Assembly (NCBI RefSeq): GCF_001194135.2
Contig: NC_068998.1
Location: 52,909,068 to 52,973,067 of the forward strand
From: Octopus bimaculoides
Taxonomy: Eukaryota
Reading direction: 5' to 3'
DNA: 64,000 nucleotides
The notes under the pieces were generated by a model, which ran no database searches, had not been told where the DNA came from, and worked only from the letters and a program-made list of their open reading frames with translations. The position numbers and the translations under genes were made by a program. Of the stretch, positions 1-14,336 are shown one piece after another (positions within the stretch are counted from its first letter, which is position 1; the number at the start of each line of letters is the position of its first letter).

Positions 1-245
1 CACTTTACAACTTTTTAAATATCTGAGCCAGATCCCAAAGCTGGATGTTTAGGGGATCACACTAGAAACAAAATGAAAACACAAGTCACTTAAAGAAAGA
101 TTCATCATATTTATAGACGGAATACAGTCGACGGGCAGCCGGAAGGATGCTTGAGGGCCGCATGCGGCATTTGAGCTCAGAACATAACAAGGCGGAAGAA
201 ATACTGCAACCAGGAAGCCAGAAAGAATGTTAGAGACAGAGAGAT

Positions 246-360
<115 letters not shown>

Positions 361-536
361 GAGAGATGGATGGTAAAGAAGTGGACAGAGGGGGATAAAA
401 TGAGAACAGGAAATAACGAAGATTCATGAAATTGAAAAAGCGCTTAGAGAAAACTAGAAGAGAAACCTCGCCTCTATATGTGCATGCGCACCACTCTCCT
501 TCATGATGTAAGAAATATACGGGGCGACAGCTTCTT

Positions 537-568
<32 letters not shown>

Positions 569-964
569 GTCAAATTGTACATGGTCATTGAGATTTTGTG
601 CATATTCTCTTTCCATGCCATATTGGCTTGCAATAATCAATCTTCAATATTGGCAAAGATCTCCGTAACATATAGACCATATAATCACGTCTGGTTCGTG
701 TGCGCATGTAAGTGTATCTGTGTTCATTTGCAAGCGTTTATGCGTATGTGTGTGTATGTGCATGCGTGTACTTGGAAGCGAAGTATACTAATTTATAAAT
801 AACTGGTTTTTTCATAATTATTGAGAGAAAGCATGTACCTCTGTTATATTAGAGTAATCCTGGTTTTGTGTGGTGTGCCCAGACGCACTCTGCCTCTAGC
901 AATTTAGTGATCTTTCAAAATAATTCTTATTTCTTATTACCGTTGCTACATATCTAATACGCTA

Positions 965-1172
965 AGGTTGCTGAATTATTAAGGTGTTGGACCTGCATTC
1001 ATCCAACTCCACGTTCTGAATCCAAATTCCACCCACGTTGAATTTGCGTCTCATACTTTTGGAGTCGATAAAATCAGTACCAGTAGAGCAGAGCGGGTGA
1101 TCGACATAATCGAGTGACACTCTTCTGTACGCAAGTGCTGCCCTGGTACCAGAAGTTAAAACCATTATTATC
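965..1172 (+). mobile_element. Degenerate SINE family A copy
   Basis: acgttctgaatccaaattcc...gtcgataaaatcagtaccag...aaaccattatta aligns by eye to the better family A copy at 52741-52939. Confidence 0.7.
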
Positions 1173-1179
1173 TATCTTT

Positions 1180-1537
1180 TTTTTTACTTGTTTCAGGCAT
1201 TTGACTGTGGCCATAGTGGAGCACAGTCAAAGAAGGGTTTTAGTTGCACAAGACTTAAATTTCTCAAAGCTTGGTACTTTGTCTCTCAAGGTTTTTTGCC
1301 GAACCACTAAGTTACAGGGACCTAAACACTGCGATATTGGTTGTCAAGCAGCGGTGGGGTACAAATACAGTCACAGAGAAACACACGCACTTCCTTCTGT
1401 TTCTGTCTACCAAATCCACTCCCAAGGCTTTGGCCGAGCTTAGGTTTTAATAGAAATCACTTGCCCAGGGTACCATGCAATAGGACTGAACCCGGAACCA
1501 CGTGGTTGGAAATCAAGCTTCGTACCACACAGCCACG
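1180..1537 (-). mobile_element. SINE family B copy (tRNA-like head, central CA/TA tract, conserved tail)
   Basis: Reverse complement of head gtggctgtgtggta...gggttcagtcc...gggcaagtg and tail ...ctccactatggccacagtcaaatg...aaacaagtaaaa; matches 32388 (head) and 30585 (tail). Confidence 0.85.
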
Positions 1538-2454
1538 TATGAGCCAAATGCTTCTTATTTTTACTAACCTAACTATTTTTACCCTATGTATATTCCTGAT
1601 TTACTATTTTCTGATTTTCGCCCTCGTACTGTCCCTTATTCTTATGTCCTTGTGGCCAATAAAAGGAATCATTATTGTCATTATTGTTACTGCTGCTGCC
1701 TGTTCCATTTCGAAATCGCAGTTATACAGCCATCCGGGTTGTAATTCATGAAGTAATGGCTAGTTGATGTGTATTCATAAACCGCGCTGCTTTGATCAAT
1801 AAATCCTATATTAGTTGACAGCTATCGTTTCAAAGCTACCGGAAATATAGATCTACAATGAACGAGGTAGGAATCAAACAACAATCGGTGCTATACTTAA
1901 ACTACTTGCTTTGGAATTTGACTCACGTCTTCACTACATCGAAGCACAAATTCTGTAATCATTGAAACACTTCATCTTAGGCAAACAAACAACTATTGAA
2001 ATCGCCACTGAAAATGTAAATACGAAAACACTCAATAACCAAATATATTTATTTTCAAATTCCACTTAGACCGTAAGACATAAAATACGTTTCCAATGTA
2101 TTCCGCCTCCCATAACATTTGTCAACCCATGGTCTTGCACATTGAATTCACATATATGGTTAAAGGAAAGCATGACATCGAGAAGATCTAAAGCTTTTTC
2201 TGTATCCATATATTAATCCAACTATTTGTCATTTTTAAAGCCAAAAGGATTCCCCATATTTCATTGTTGCTCTCCGAATATGGTTTCATCAAACGAGTGC
2301 AGTGAATTGACAAAATCGGTAGAACGCATACAAAATATCTTCTAGTCAGCGGCGAACAGACAGAACATTTAGAGTATCAGAGCAAATGCTTACCGGCCTT
2401 TTTCCGGTTCCTTATATTCCGAGTTCAAATTCTGCTGAGATTCTTTTTTCTTTT

Positions 2455-2564
2455 TCACTTTTTCGACATCAGTAAAAACGAGGCGGAATTTGAACTCAGA
2501 ACGTAGACGAAATACTGCTAAGTATTTCGCCCGGCATGCTAACGTTTCTGCCAACTCGCCGCCT
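2455..2564 (-). mobile_element. SINE family A 5' part
   Basis: gaatttgaactcagaacgtagacgaaatactgctaagtatttcgcccggcatgctaacgtttctgccaactcgccgcc is the reverse complement of the family A head. Confidence 0.85.
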
Positions 2565-3429
2565 CTCTGACTCATCCAAATATTAGACAACATCTCTGTC
2601 AAACTGTAGATATTTTTTGTTTTATTACCGAAACTGAGAGAGATTGTAACAGTCTTGGTGCTAATGTTCACTCTCTTGTAATTATTCCTTGACACCCTTA
2701 TAAAACAATAAAACCGGCAATGTTTAGTACGGCTGTTGTCTAACCCTCTGTTTAGTGCTCGCTTAAGATTAGGGTGCTGTTGGTGCGATAATTCCTGTTA
2801 TTGGTATTAATTGATATTCGTCGTAATTCTCTTGCTAATCTTATGGTAATCATTGGTGCTTGTTCTTATTGGCAGTAATCGCTATTTTTTATTGTCATTC
2901 TTGACCTCGTCGTGCCGTGAGACTTGCCAAATTGTACACAGAAAGGTGTTATTGCCATGGTAGCAGTTACTATAATTTTTATTGTCTTTACTATAAAGAA
3001 CATTAATAAAAAAAGGAAAGCAATAAACTAAAATAAGCAATTTCATTGAGATATTTCATTGAGATAATACAAACATCGATGAGTGCAGAGCCTAATGTTA
3101 TGGATGACTTTAAGTACTCGGATCGTTTGAAAACACTAAAACGGTTGTGTATTCGGCGGTTGTTAGTAAAGATCGTTTTAAGTGTATTTTAAAAATAAGT
3201 GTAGATACAGATGAAAGAGAATGAAACAGTGATATGATGTCGGTATATTACCAGTCTGGGAAATAGTTATGTTTTTATAAAACAGTCATCCTTGTAATAT
3301 TGTGCAACGACACGTTGCTGACTCAGTATCGAAAGACGTTTGTTTTTCAAAGCTGACAAATATTTTGAAGCGCAGACGTACCTTGCACATCTAATTATAT
3401 CATCATCATCGTCGTCATCATGAAACAAT

Positions 3430-3642
3430 AAGAAATATTGACACAAGGCCAGCAATGTCGAGAGAATGGTTAAATCGATTACATCGACCCAGTACGCAAT
3501 TGGTACATATTTGATCGACCTCAGAATGACCAAAGGTAAAATCAACTTGAACGGAATAATTTGAACACAAGTATTTGAAGGTGGGCGAAATTCGTTTAAG
3601 CGTTTTATCTAAAGTTTTAACGGTTCTGCCAGCTCACTGCCT
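3430..3642 (-). mobile_element. SINE family A copy
   Basis: cacaaggccagcaa...acatcgacccagtacgcaattggtac...cggttctgccagctcactgcc; an (AAT)n tract follows at 3670-3727. Confidence 0.8.
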
Positions 3643-3668
3643 TCTCGATAAGAAATGTTAACAGACCA

Positions 3669-3730
<62 letters not shown>

Positions 3731-4228
3731 TGATATGGGAGATTTTAAGCAAATAGTTGGCAAATGGAACTTTAAAATAATTGTAAAGCTAAGTGGGAAA
3801 GGAAAATGTGATACAGAAAGAAAACCTTTTTAAATTTCCAAAACTATCACTTTTAATTATTCATAATGTGAGTTGTCTTTTTGTACGAAACTTTACAAGA
3901 AAAAAAGGAGTTTGCAAGCATGCTACATCTGTTATGTGTGTGTGTGTGTTGTAAATATATTCGGCGGCACTCTCATTCATGAGCGTGTAAGTACGCAAAC
4001 ATTTTCCTGAATTTTCTATTTATATATTTACTTATTGAACAGAATAAAGTGTAAACTAGTGAAAAAAACATGAATTATCCACTTTGCATTCTAATTATTT
4101 TCTATAATTTCTTCCCGAACAATTCAGGGTAATACAATTATCACCGGTACATAAAATTACAACCTATCGATCTCTAGCTAGTTTAATAAGTGTTGACACA
4201 CGAAATCCTCGGCCCTGAGTCCCTCTGT

Positions 4229-4293
<65 letters not shown>

Positions 4294-4294
4294 T

Positions 4295-4490
4295 GGCTCA
4301 GTGGTTAGAGTGTCGAGCTTACAATCGTGAGGTTGTGAGTTCGATTACCGGACCGGGCTGCGTGTTGTATTCTTGAGCAAGGCACTTTATTTCACGTTAC
4401 TTCAGTTCACTCACCTGTAGAAAAGAGTTGCGGCGTCACAGGTGCCAAGCTGCATCGGTCCCTTTGCCTTTCCCTTGGATGACAATGTAT
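4295..4490 (+). mobile_element. tRNA-derived SINE family C
   Basis: Pol III A-box-like ggctcagtggttag and B-box gagttcgatt, then ttgagcaaggcacttta; reverse-oriented relative at 40290-40490. Confidence 0.8.
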
Positions 4491-5657
4491 GTAAACTCTA
4501 CGACTATTCTTTCTTTCTCTCAATTCCTGAATTTCTTCCGGATTGCAATTTTTCTTCATTTTGAATGTTAATGCCTCACTTTGTAAAATGATATTTAATT
4601 AATATGTCACAGGTTTTACAACGCAGACGATTCCTAAAAACAGTGAAATAGATCTGGATATGATTACCAAGCGACTAGACCTTGTATACACTTTGAAAGA
4701 GGCAAAAATATATAAATAAATATGTGAATTTTTTGTGCATTTTTCCTCGTAACATTTTAATATCAAATTCAAAAACCTATTCCTGTTTCATATTAAGATT
4801 TAACAATCATCTGTCCCGTCGTAGCTGCAACAACTAGGGGAAGCACATATATTCAGTTACGCATTATTGTAGTATGGAAATTTATTCAAAACGCTAAATA
4901 TTTTTTATGCGGAGATGAAGCGGAGTGAGATTTGACGTGCGAACGTCTACGATGGTGGTATCTCCCTTCTTAAAATAACAACCAAATCTCGCTCAAATTG
5001 CCCATCTATGGAATGGATACAAAAAATACGTTGTTCTGGTTCGAGAAATTTTCAAACCATTAATACGGAGGTGATGGTAGGAATATCTTTATATCATAGG
5101 TCTGTTTGATTATAACTGGCTTAATTAGATTTATTAGCGTTAGAAATAAGCAAGACTATCAACAACAACAACATTGAAAACCACAAATAACATGAGGAAT
5201 AATAAAGAAAGTATATATTTATATGCAAAATTATTCAGCAGTCATATTGTATTCCCGTTATCCTATTCATATTTTCGTTGTTATTTCAGTATGGATAACA
5301 TTTACCGAAAGTTCTTATGTCAAAATGCTGGCAGAAAAACAATAACTTATGTAATTCTGTCAAAATGAAGGGCAGATATTTAGGTATTAGGAGAGCACAA
5401 AAAAAAAAAATTGAAATGCAGAAAAAGTGTCCGAATGTATTAAAATGTCTAGACTTAAGTGTTAGGGTAAAGTTTTAGTGTGTTTTAATGTTTTGTTGTT
5501 CTTAATATAAACATCCAATCGAACTGCAACAAAGGTTAGTTTCAGTTTGACTATAAATTGGAACCGGTTGTAAACTGGTTACAGGCAAATTATATTTATA
5601 GGCTATGCAGATGATATTCACAGCTTTTACACAGTGCATCTATCTATCTATCTATCT

Positions 5658-5767
<110 letters not shown>

Positions 5768-6486
5768 GATGGGCAAAAATTTGGCCACCTCTGCCGATTC
5801 TCCATCGTGATGGTGTCACGGTTCAAGGTCGAAAAGCCAGAGCATATTGGATAACGTCTGATGGCATCAAATATTCCTTCTGGCCAAAGCTCCATCCACT
5901 TTTGTAAGTGTAAATGTCTCATGTTCTATGCGTTAGAAATTAGTTAGATTTTTGAACAGAAGGACTAAATAACTGGACAATCTTTTTTTCTGAAAAAGTG
6001 AAGAAAATCTTTTTCCTTCATTTACTTTTAATAATCAAAGCCATGGTCAGACAAATAAAAACAAACAAAAAAAACAAGACGAGGAATTTAAAATTTAATC
6101 TGCTCACAATTTGTTACCTCTGAAGCGTCAATACTAAAACGAGCATAAATGGTTGAGGTTGACAGCTGTTAGAAAGATCGTGTAAAGATTCCGCTACAGA
6201 CATAGTGTTCTCCCTGGGTATGGAGGATATCAGCAATTCAGATCGCTGACTTGTTTGAACAGAAGCGAACAAATTTCGTTTTGTGTTTTTAGACAAATCA
6301 ATCATGGCGAAGTATTGTCAAAATGTACGTGATTTTCTCATTTTCTGAAGATTCCAAGAGTCAATCAATGGGCAATCTATTATAATTCACGTCAACACCA
6401 CGTGACAACTTGGAGAATTGTGATAATGTCCGTCAATTTATCTACTCACCTATTTCTCTGCCTATGCATCTGTCTGTCTAAACGTA

Positions 6487-6538
<52 letters not shown>

Positions 6539-6608
6539 CGTCATTCAGTGTTTGTGTGTGTGTGTGTCAGTCTGTCTGTATGTCAGCCTGTCTGTGTGTG
6601 TGTGTGTG

Positions 6609-6659
<51 letters not shown>

Positions 6660-7387
6660 ATCTATCTATCCATGAACTGTTTATGCATGTATGTATGTCC
6701 GTCCGTCAGTCCGTTTGTCCGCGTGCCCGCCTGGCGCTAAGTCTGTACATGCACTCACTCCAAATACTGCACACATACATACAAACATACACAAATAACC
6801 TATTGATGTTGAAATTCTAATGAAAGAACGTTGGTAGTAGGTTAGAAACCGGCTCTTTCTCTGTTTGCAAGAAATCCTGAAATAAAGCTGAATAATAGCA
6901 TACATACATATAGTGGCATACCCATTAATCAGGCTGAGTTCATAATGTAGAGAGTGCTGTATTTATGGAATATATGGTTTATATTGTCATGCCTACATGT
7001 TTCGCTATTCAAACGTACACATGCATATACGCGATGATACACGCACACGGGTAAAAATATATACATATATATACTTCCGAACTTAAAAAGATATATACAT
7101 ATACACATGTGTATGTGTACTGTTGTTCTTTTTAGAAGGTTGCATGATATCTAATTCTACAACAAGGCTTCAGTGAGTGATTTTTATGTTTTTGCATCAC
7201 AAAATACAAGAATAATTCACTCCTGCGTACGCATTCGTTTGTTCCTGAAAGCTAAACCACACATACACACACATATATATATTTATATATACGTATACGT
7301 CAGTGCTTATAGTATGTATATAGAACAAAATCCATTTATGTAGCAACTTATCTCCACTCTTCTTTGACACTCTATGTATGTTTGTAT

Positions 7388-7426
<39 letters not shown>

Positions 7427-8399
7427 TATATATATATATGCATATGTGTATATATAATTCTATGTGTGTATGTGTGCGTATATATGCATGTATATCTATG
7501 TATGTGTCTATTTTTTGCATATATAATACATATGTGCACACACACATATGCATAATTATATTTATATCTGTACACACACACATACACATATATATGAGAG
7601 GGAAAATATATTAACAATGTTTCGCATTATGGTTCATGATTTCAAACCAAACTGCATGCAATTTTAACATTGCACAAGTCATTGGTTTATTCAACTGTAC
7701 AATGATAATTGTATCTTTTGGGAAACGTTATCGTCAAATGAGTTGAATCTTATGCAGTGTATGATTTGTTTAAGCCTCGCTTTCATATATCATGTACATA
7801 TTATTTCATAATGTCTTCCATTACGAAATGCATAGATACACGCATGAGCACTTGGGTGTGTAGGTTACAAAGGTACATGTACATTATGTGTATGCGTTTT
7901 GTACTTTATCATATACGCGTGTGTGTGTCTGTATATATGTTCGTATATTTGTAAGTATACATGTGCGCATGTATGTGCGCATATGCGTATATGAGGTTTT
8001 CCACATTTCTCTGACAATACATACAGGAAAGGATATTTTTACGCAGCTGCAGCCTCTGGAAACGTACCACATTCGGTGAATACACATACATATATACCTA
8101 TGTACAATCGTATATAGAGAGTCAAAAGGAGCAGAAGCTTCCATTGAGTAGGAGGTTGATAAAAGCTAGAAAATAATATCAATAGGGGAAGGTTTATTTG
8201 GTGACAGTGAGCATTGGAGGTGGTGGAGATTATTAAGAAAAGAATGATATAATTATATAGAGAGAAGGTAGGAAAGGAAAACAAAGAGAGAAGGCTGTAG
8301 ACAAAGCGAGTAATAGAAATGGAAAATCTGAAGACGGGACTGGAATTTAACACAAATAATATGTGCTTAACTATGTAAGATAGAAAGGTAGACAGCTGT

Positions 8400-8459
<60 letters not shown>

Positions 8460-8864
8460 GAAAGTGACAGAGTGATTATTAAATTACGTCAAATGACGTA
8501 ATCTAATATGTATATTTGATAGGCGTTCGGGTTCGTTTAACACTAAAACTCCGACTTCAACTGCAAATGAAACAACAGTGGTGTTCGAGCTGCCGAGCAT
8601 AGAATGGCTATAAGTAGTTTCATCATTGAGCGGATGGATTTATACATTAGACAGAAAGAGTGAACAAGTAAAACATGCTTTATCATTAGAGAACATAACT
8701 CAAACAGAATTGCAGAATGGCTGTAGTAAATAACGGATGAAGAACGAATGCATGAAGACTCTTACCGCTGCAAGAGACTTTATGCAACTGTGCAATTATG
8801 ATTGAATTATAAATTACATGTCTCTAAGATGATACCACATGTTTTGCTTGTTCAATCGTCCTTC

Positions 8865-8900
<36 letters not shown>

Positions 8901-9219
8901 TATAAATGTTTGTATATGTATGTATGTATTTATATATTAGGAAGACGGAAATCGTCATATTAGGGCTGCTGAGGAGGCTGGTGCGCATTCCTGTCATGTT
9001 GAACCTTTTCTTTAGTACTTACTAACAAGGACTGAGAGGGGGAAAAAGAGAGAATGCAAGAGAGTGGGGTAGAGGGAGAGAAAGAGATATAGAAAGAAAA
9101 AGAAAGCAAGAAAGAAAGACAAACAGAGAGACGGTGAGAGAAGAGCAGCAACAGCCAAATGAGAACTCAACGTATTTCGATGAAAGACATCAAAATATAT
9201 CTTAGGAATCGATCTATGG

Positions 9220-9472
9220 AGTAAAGATTTTTTGCCAACATAACATGGCAGTCCTGGTTTAGGACGAATGCTGCTCTAATTTAGCTCCAGGAAATCGCAA
9301 TAGACTGATATTGTTTTGAGCTAAGTGGGGGTGCTAGATTCCCTTGCTCGAAAATATAAGGACACCGATCGTGTCGTATAACCAGCTGGAGACAGTGTCT
9401 CCTAGGGCTAAATTCGAGCAACAATAGTCCTGAACCAGGACTGCCATGTTATGTTGGCAAACAATCTTTACT
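9220..9472. mobile_element. Palindromic MITE-like element with ~73-bp inverted arms
   Basis: Arm 9220-9292 (agtaaagattttttgccaacataacatggcagtcctgg...) pairs with 9400-9472 at about 65 of 73 positions; 107-nt non-coding spacer. Confidence 0.9.
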
Positions 9473-9784
9473 ACAATGTACTGTTGCTGAATAACTCACG
9501 TTGTGAGATTTAAAAAATAGTATTTGTCATAAAAATTGTTTCAAATTTTGACAGAACACCTACAACATTTTGTGGGGGTGATTGGGTGCAATCGATTACT
9601 TTAACTGCTGCTATGCTTTATCGACTCCGCAAGAATAAGCAGCAAAGTTCACCTCGCCCGACTTTGTGTTCAGGACATAGAGAAGTATGATGGTCACCTC
9701 CGTTTGATTTCGACTTATGAGTGTTTCAAGGAAAAGCATTGAAAAATAAACAATAAAAGTGAAAAAATTGAAAAAGGATTAAAA

Positions 9785-10180
9785 AGGTAAGTTGTATCTA
9801 TGTGAATGTAATTTGAGTCCAGGTATGGAACTTGGTACGAAATCACAATAGAGACAACGAAGATTTCGACTGGGATTGGACAAATGTGTATGGTGATTAC
9901 AGGAGATAGTTCTGGAATTGTTTTGTTTCTTTAACTCAAATTGTTTAGATTCATCTTGACACATTTTACGCCATTCAGATCGATCTAGGCAGTAATCTTC
10001 TTATTAAGTTATGGTTAAGGGAGTTTAGTGTTTGTTTCAACTTAGAGAAGAATACCGAGAGTAATACTAATAAAGCGAAAGCTAATAATATGTTGCACGA
10101 CAACTTCCGCGTAGTTTGTTCTCTTCTGAGAAGCAGATATGGCGGCATATTTTGCAAGGAAGTGATGTCACATTGGCTGT
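9785..10180 (-). mobile_element. RTE-clade LINE ORF 3' end with terminal C2H2-like zinc finger (decayed)
   Basis: Minus frame reads EDYCLDRSEWRKMCQDESKQFE...RCLYCDFVPSSIPGLKLH, matching the RTE C-terminal pattern W..A.DR..WR.....FE...C..C.....GL..H. Confidence 0.75.
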
Positions 10181-10323
10181 ATACAGCCGTTAAAGGAACA
10201 GAGCTCCGAAGAGAAGGCAAATTACTTTAGTTAGAGTAATACATAGACACGGAGATAGAGGCATATATACACAAACGCGCATACATATATACATAGATAC
10301 CTACAAACATATATATATGCTCA

Positions 10324-10396
<73 letters not shown>

Positions 10397-11799
10397 CTAA
10401 ATAGGTAGAAGCCGAAAATATCTTAGTTAAATCTGCAAAAAACCGTCATTTTATGCCATCGTTGCAACAGCCAGAATATAAAGTCGAACTACAAACTTGG
10501 CAAAGAACTTGTGCAAGTATTTTTATAGTTAATCCAAAACTGTATAGTTTTATTCAGAATGTGAAACGTCTTTTACATTGTCAGATACGTTGAACCTGAT
10601 GTTCCGAGTATCTAAACAAACATACGTAGTCAAAGCAATGTTAAAGCCAATTTAATTCACATCATTGAATCCTCCGTTTCAATAACACAAATTAGTAATT
10701 GAACCAAAAAATGAAATCCGATGTAAAAATCAGAGAACAAAAGACGAAAATCCCATCTCAGCAGAACAGAACAATAGAAACAATATTGATTTCTAACACT
10801 GATACAACGCCACAACTTTCATGAACAGGGTAGGGTTTTACTTATTAAATCGATTTCTGCTCTTCCTGAGCGAGGCCATGGTTGCCCGCACATAGACTTT
10901 TTGATGACCGTATTAACTAATACAAATGTTTACTTCAGTTTCTTTGGACAGTTTCTTTAGCAATATGTTCTTTATGACTAGTTATTTAGCTCCTGGTTCA
11001 ATCGTCTTATTTTATTCAAATCTAGAGCTGTTTGGCATCATCATTTGATAAACAATAACTCGAGAGTGATCAGCTGATTACTCTAGAGGGAGAGGGGGAA
11101 AAAGTGAGAAGGAGGTAAGAGGAAATGAAAGAGAGTGAAAGAGAGAGAATTCAAGAGAGAGAGAGTAAGGGAGGGAGCAGCAATTTCACCCATCCCCATT
11201 CTTGATTGGAACATTATTTCATCGGTCGAGGAAGAATAAAAAACAAAGTTGGCCATAGCATAATACGAAATCCGAATGTAATTGACCGTCACTACACATC
11301 ACGTAGAATTTTCTCTGAGACTACAACAATTCTGCAAGCTCACAGCCTTAAGATTATTTATTTATCATACAAGCACAACGCCACAAATGCTTTCGGGCGG
11401 GGCTACAAGGGAAATGTAAATGATTAAATCGAATTTATTGCAAAGTTAATTTATCGATTCTGGAAGGATAAACAGCAAAGTCGACATCGGTAAGATTTAA
11501 GGCAACGGTAAGATTTAAAGCTAGTGTTACAGACTGGAGCAAAATAGCACAAGGCATTTTGTCAATGGCGATAACAGCTACGCCAATACACTTTTCGAGT
11601 GATATTAATCCAATTAACCGATCTAAAGGAAGGTAAGAAGTTTACTTGATTTGAAACGGTTTCACTTTTTCTTACAATCAAGACATTTCGTCAACCATGC
11701 AAGAAATGTATGATTCTCGATACAAACCCAAATGGATCGTTGTGTAATATAAAACAACTGTTTTCTAAATGAAGGAGCAAAGTGAAAAATAAAAGTTAA

Positions 11800-12875
11800 A
11801 TCGAAAGAAAATATTCGAATTGCGTGGAAATAAAGCCTTCTGACGCGCGTTTGTAATTAACGAGCTGGCTATGCTTCACGTGGCTAGGAAGTTCCTGGTG
11901 AATGTGCCAACAATCTAGGTTAAAATTCTTTTCGAAGTTATCTAACTTTTTCTTTGCTAAGACTCTAGAGAAATCCATGAAGCTCACACTTTAATATATC
12001 TCCAAAACTGAAATCAATAGATGCGATGCACGTGGCATATGTGTTTGTAATTAAACATCCGACCGACCAGCATGCTAGACGTAGTCGATATAATTCCGGT
12101 GAACGGATCCTGCAATCTAGCCAAGAGTTGTACACGAACTTATTTAACTTACTCTAATAACACACTTGCGAAATGCAAGAAGGTCACTCGGAGTTGTATC
12201 ACCAACTCTGAAATAAATAGCATTGATGCTCCATTTATGGGAACTCCAGATCATGAAAAAGAAATTAAACTATTTATTGTATGGGAAACATTCTTTAATT
12301 TAAATCATATTATTAACTTATTCTCAGAAACTGAAGAAACTGAACTAGCAAAGAATTAAATATTCTGGAATAGAGTAGGACTCCATCTTGGAGAACTAAA
12401 TAATCCTCTTACTGTGAAAAGTAATCCGACAAATTTCCGTTAAACATAAAATGCACCACATCAAAGATATATGTGTGGAACTTGAGTAAGAAATAAAAAA
12501 TAATCTTATTTCTCGGAACAGTTTAATCTCATTGAATGTAAAGGGCGTGAAAGGTGCAGCAGATCTGTCTTAACGAGTGTCATGTTACTTCATTTCTCAT
12601 TCTGTCATAAAATTCAATGCCACAGTTCAACTAAATGTGAGTAAAGCGTATTAAGTGCTGTACTGTGTATGTCGAAAATAGGGAGGCATTGATTATTGTA
12701 AGTCTTTCTCTGACCCATAATATACATCTCAGATCTTTCTTATGAGCTTCGCATGGGCAACTACCGAAAACATCATCCGTGCAATCAAGCCTCAAAAAAA
12801 TTCTGGGATATTTTCAGTTGCCTAAATTACATATATATGTTCTATTATTACTATTATTATTATTATTATTATTAT

Positions 12876-12922
<47 letters not shown>

Positions 12923-13480
12923 TCATCATTATTATTATTATTATTATTATTGTTCCGTTAAGTTAGAAATGCTTGCCAGCTCCGTGTGTTCTTCTGCAGA
13001 TCGAGTTTGTCTTCCGATACTTTAAAAGAGACTATCAGCTTCTCTATGAGAAGAAGCTGGTTAGTCCTTTTTAACGCAACACTTCTTCATTTCAGAAGAC
13101 CAAGAGTGAAAATAGTTAAATGAAAACTACAGCACAATTCATATAAAATATGTCTTGATCTTTTCAATACAATATGCAGCTCGACGATGTAGTGCTGGTC
13201 CTTTTGTCTCAATGTCAAGTGGCTTACAGACGGTTTAAGAACTGTCTCGTGAAATTATCCACATCCATTCACATTTATGATCTAAGAAGTTATTTACTTA
13301 CTAGCGTTCATTTTGTAACTTAGGAGTTCAGTCATTCTACTGACCATCTATTGTCCAAGTGGCATAATTTTGTGTGTTGGCAGTTGCAGTTTTCTTACCC
13401 AGGTCCCTAGGTTGATAAAGTTTTGGGGGCATAATAATTTACTAGATTAGTTCCGTGGTTCTTGAATATATTAAGCAGTT
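11800..13480 (-). mobile_element. Highly decayed LINE RT and AP-endonuclease remnants, probably the same RTE element as 9785-10180
   Basis: Fragmented minus-strand motifs in the expected order: YATW (EN start), LIEKLIVSFKVSED, LTIINA, VRVQLLARLQ, GRS, SFMDFSR (cf. AFIDFSKAF); many stops and frameshifts. Confidence 0.5.
12840..12952. repeat. (ATT)n/(AAT)n tract
   Basis: Seen directly; interrupts the LINE remnant. Confidence 0.95.
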
Positions 13481-14243
13481 TGAGGAGCCTATTTGGCATT
13501 TGTAAGCAACGAGTACCTCCAATGATATTCTTCAAAACGTTTGTTTGTTGAAGTCACAAATAAGAGTTTCGATACTTGGTAGATTCACTAATCCAGGGTA
13601 CCTCTGACCGACAAGAAGCAACGATGTCGAAACACCGGATGTCCCGGAGTCCTTTGCGCTAATGAATCAAGAGCGATATTAATACACCTCCTTCGTAATG
13701 GGGAAATTGTCTCCCTGTGATGAAACACGCCAGCGACTACCAAATTCTCGCTCGAATCTGCAGTAACGTATTAAGAATAAATATTCAAAAGATGGTCCCT
13801 TACGTTTTATTTGTATCCACTATAAGCCATTCCATTGCCGAAACCTTTATGCAGCAATGGGTTGGAGAAACATTACGTTATCTGTGGAGATGCGAGGGAA
13901 ACTTCTAAGAAAGATCTTCTAAGAAAGATCTTCTAAATGTTCTTTACAGTGTAACCTAGAGTAGAACTTGTTGATTTAAATTATCTGTATGATCTCAGGT
14001 AAAGTCTACGAATAAGCTATCGTCATGTTTGTAGCTTCCGTGATGGTATGTCCTACTTTTTCTAATGGTAGTAATTAGGAATTTCTGCAATTTATTTAGA
14101 TTATTCCGCTTATGTTGTTAAAAATAGCTAATCCGCTACACTCTTATTAAATTTATGTCTAATGTGGTGCTATATCTAAACTTAAGCTTAACGGCAATAA
14201 ATAATCTAACACGATTGAACGCCTCCATCCCATTAATATGCAT

Positions 14244-14255
<12 letters not shown>

Positions 14256-14331
<76 letters not shown>
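14256..14331. repeat. (TA)n microsatellite
   Basis: Seen directly. Confidence 0.98.

Positions 14332-14336
<5 letters not shown>

Noticed and set aside
5770-5905. Open plus frame WPPLPILHRDG...RAYWITSDGIKYSF with faint piggyBac resemblance and a GTAAGT donor
   Set aside because: No acceptor (preceded by a TA tract), and the similarity is too weak to call
6830-6845. GGTAGTAGGTT, an 11-nt match to let-7
   Set aside because: The seed and 3' end do not match and there is no hairpin; similar short partial matches to miR-29 and miR-71 elsewhere were also dismissed
9779-9964. C2H2-like motif suggesting a zinc-finger gene
   Set aside because: The upstream DRSEWRK...FE context identifies it as the C-terminus of an RTE LINE protein
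11825-12060. Paired CACGTGGC and TTTGTAATTAA motifs resembling an enhancer
   Set aside because: They fall inside the RT remnant of the decayed LINE
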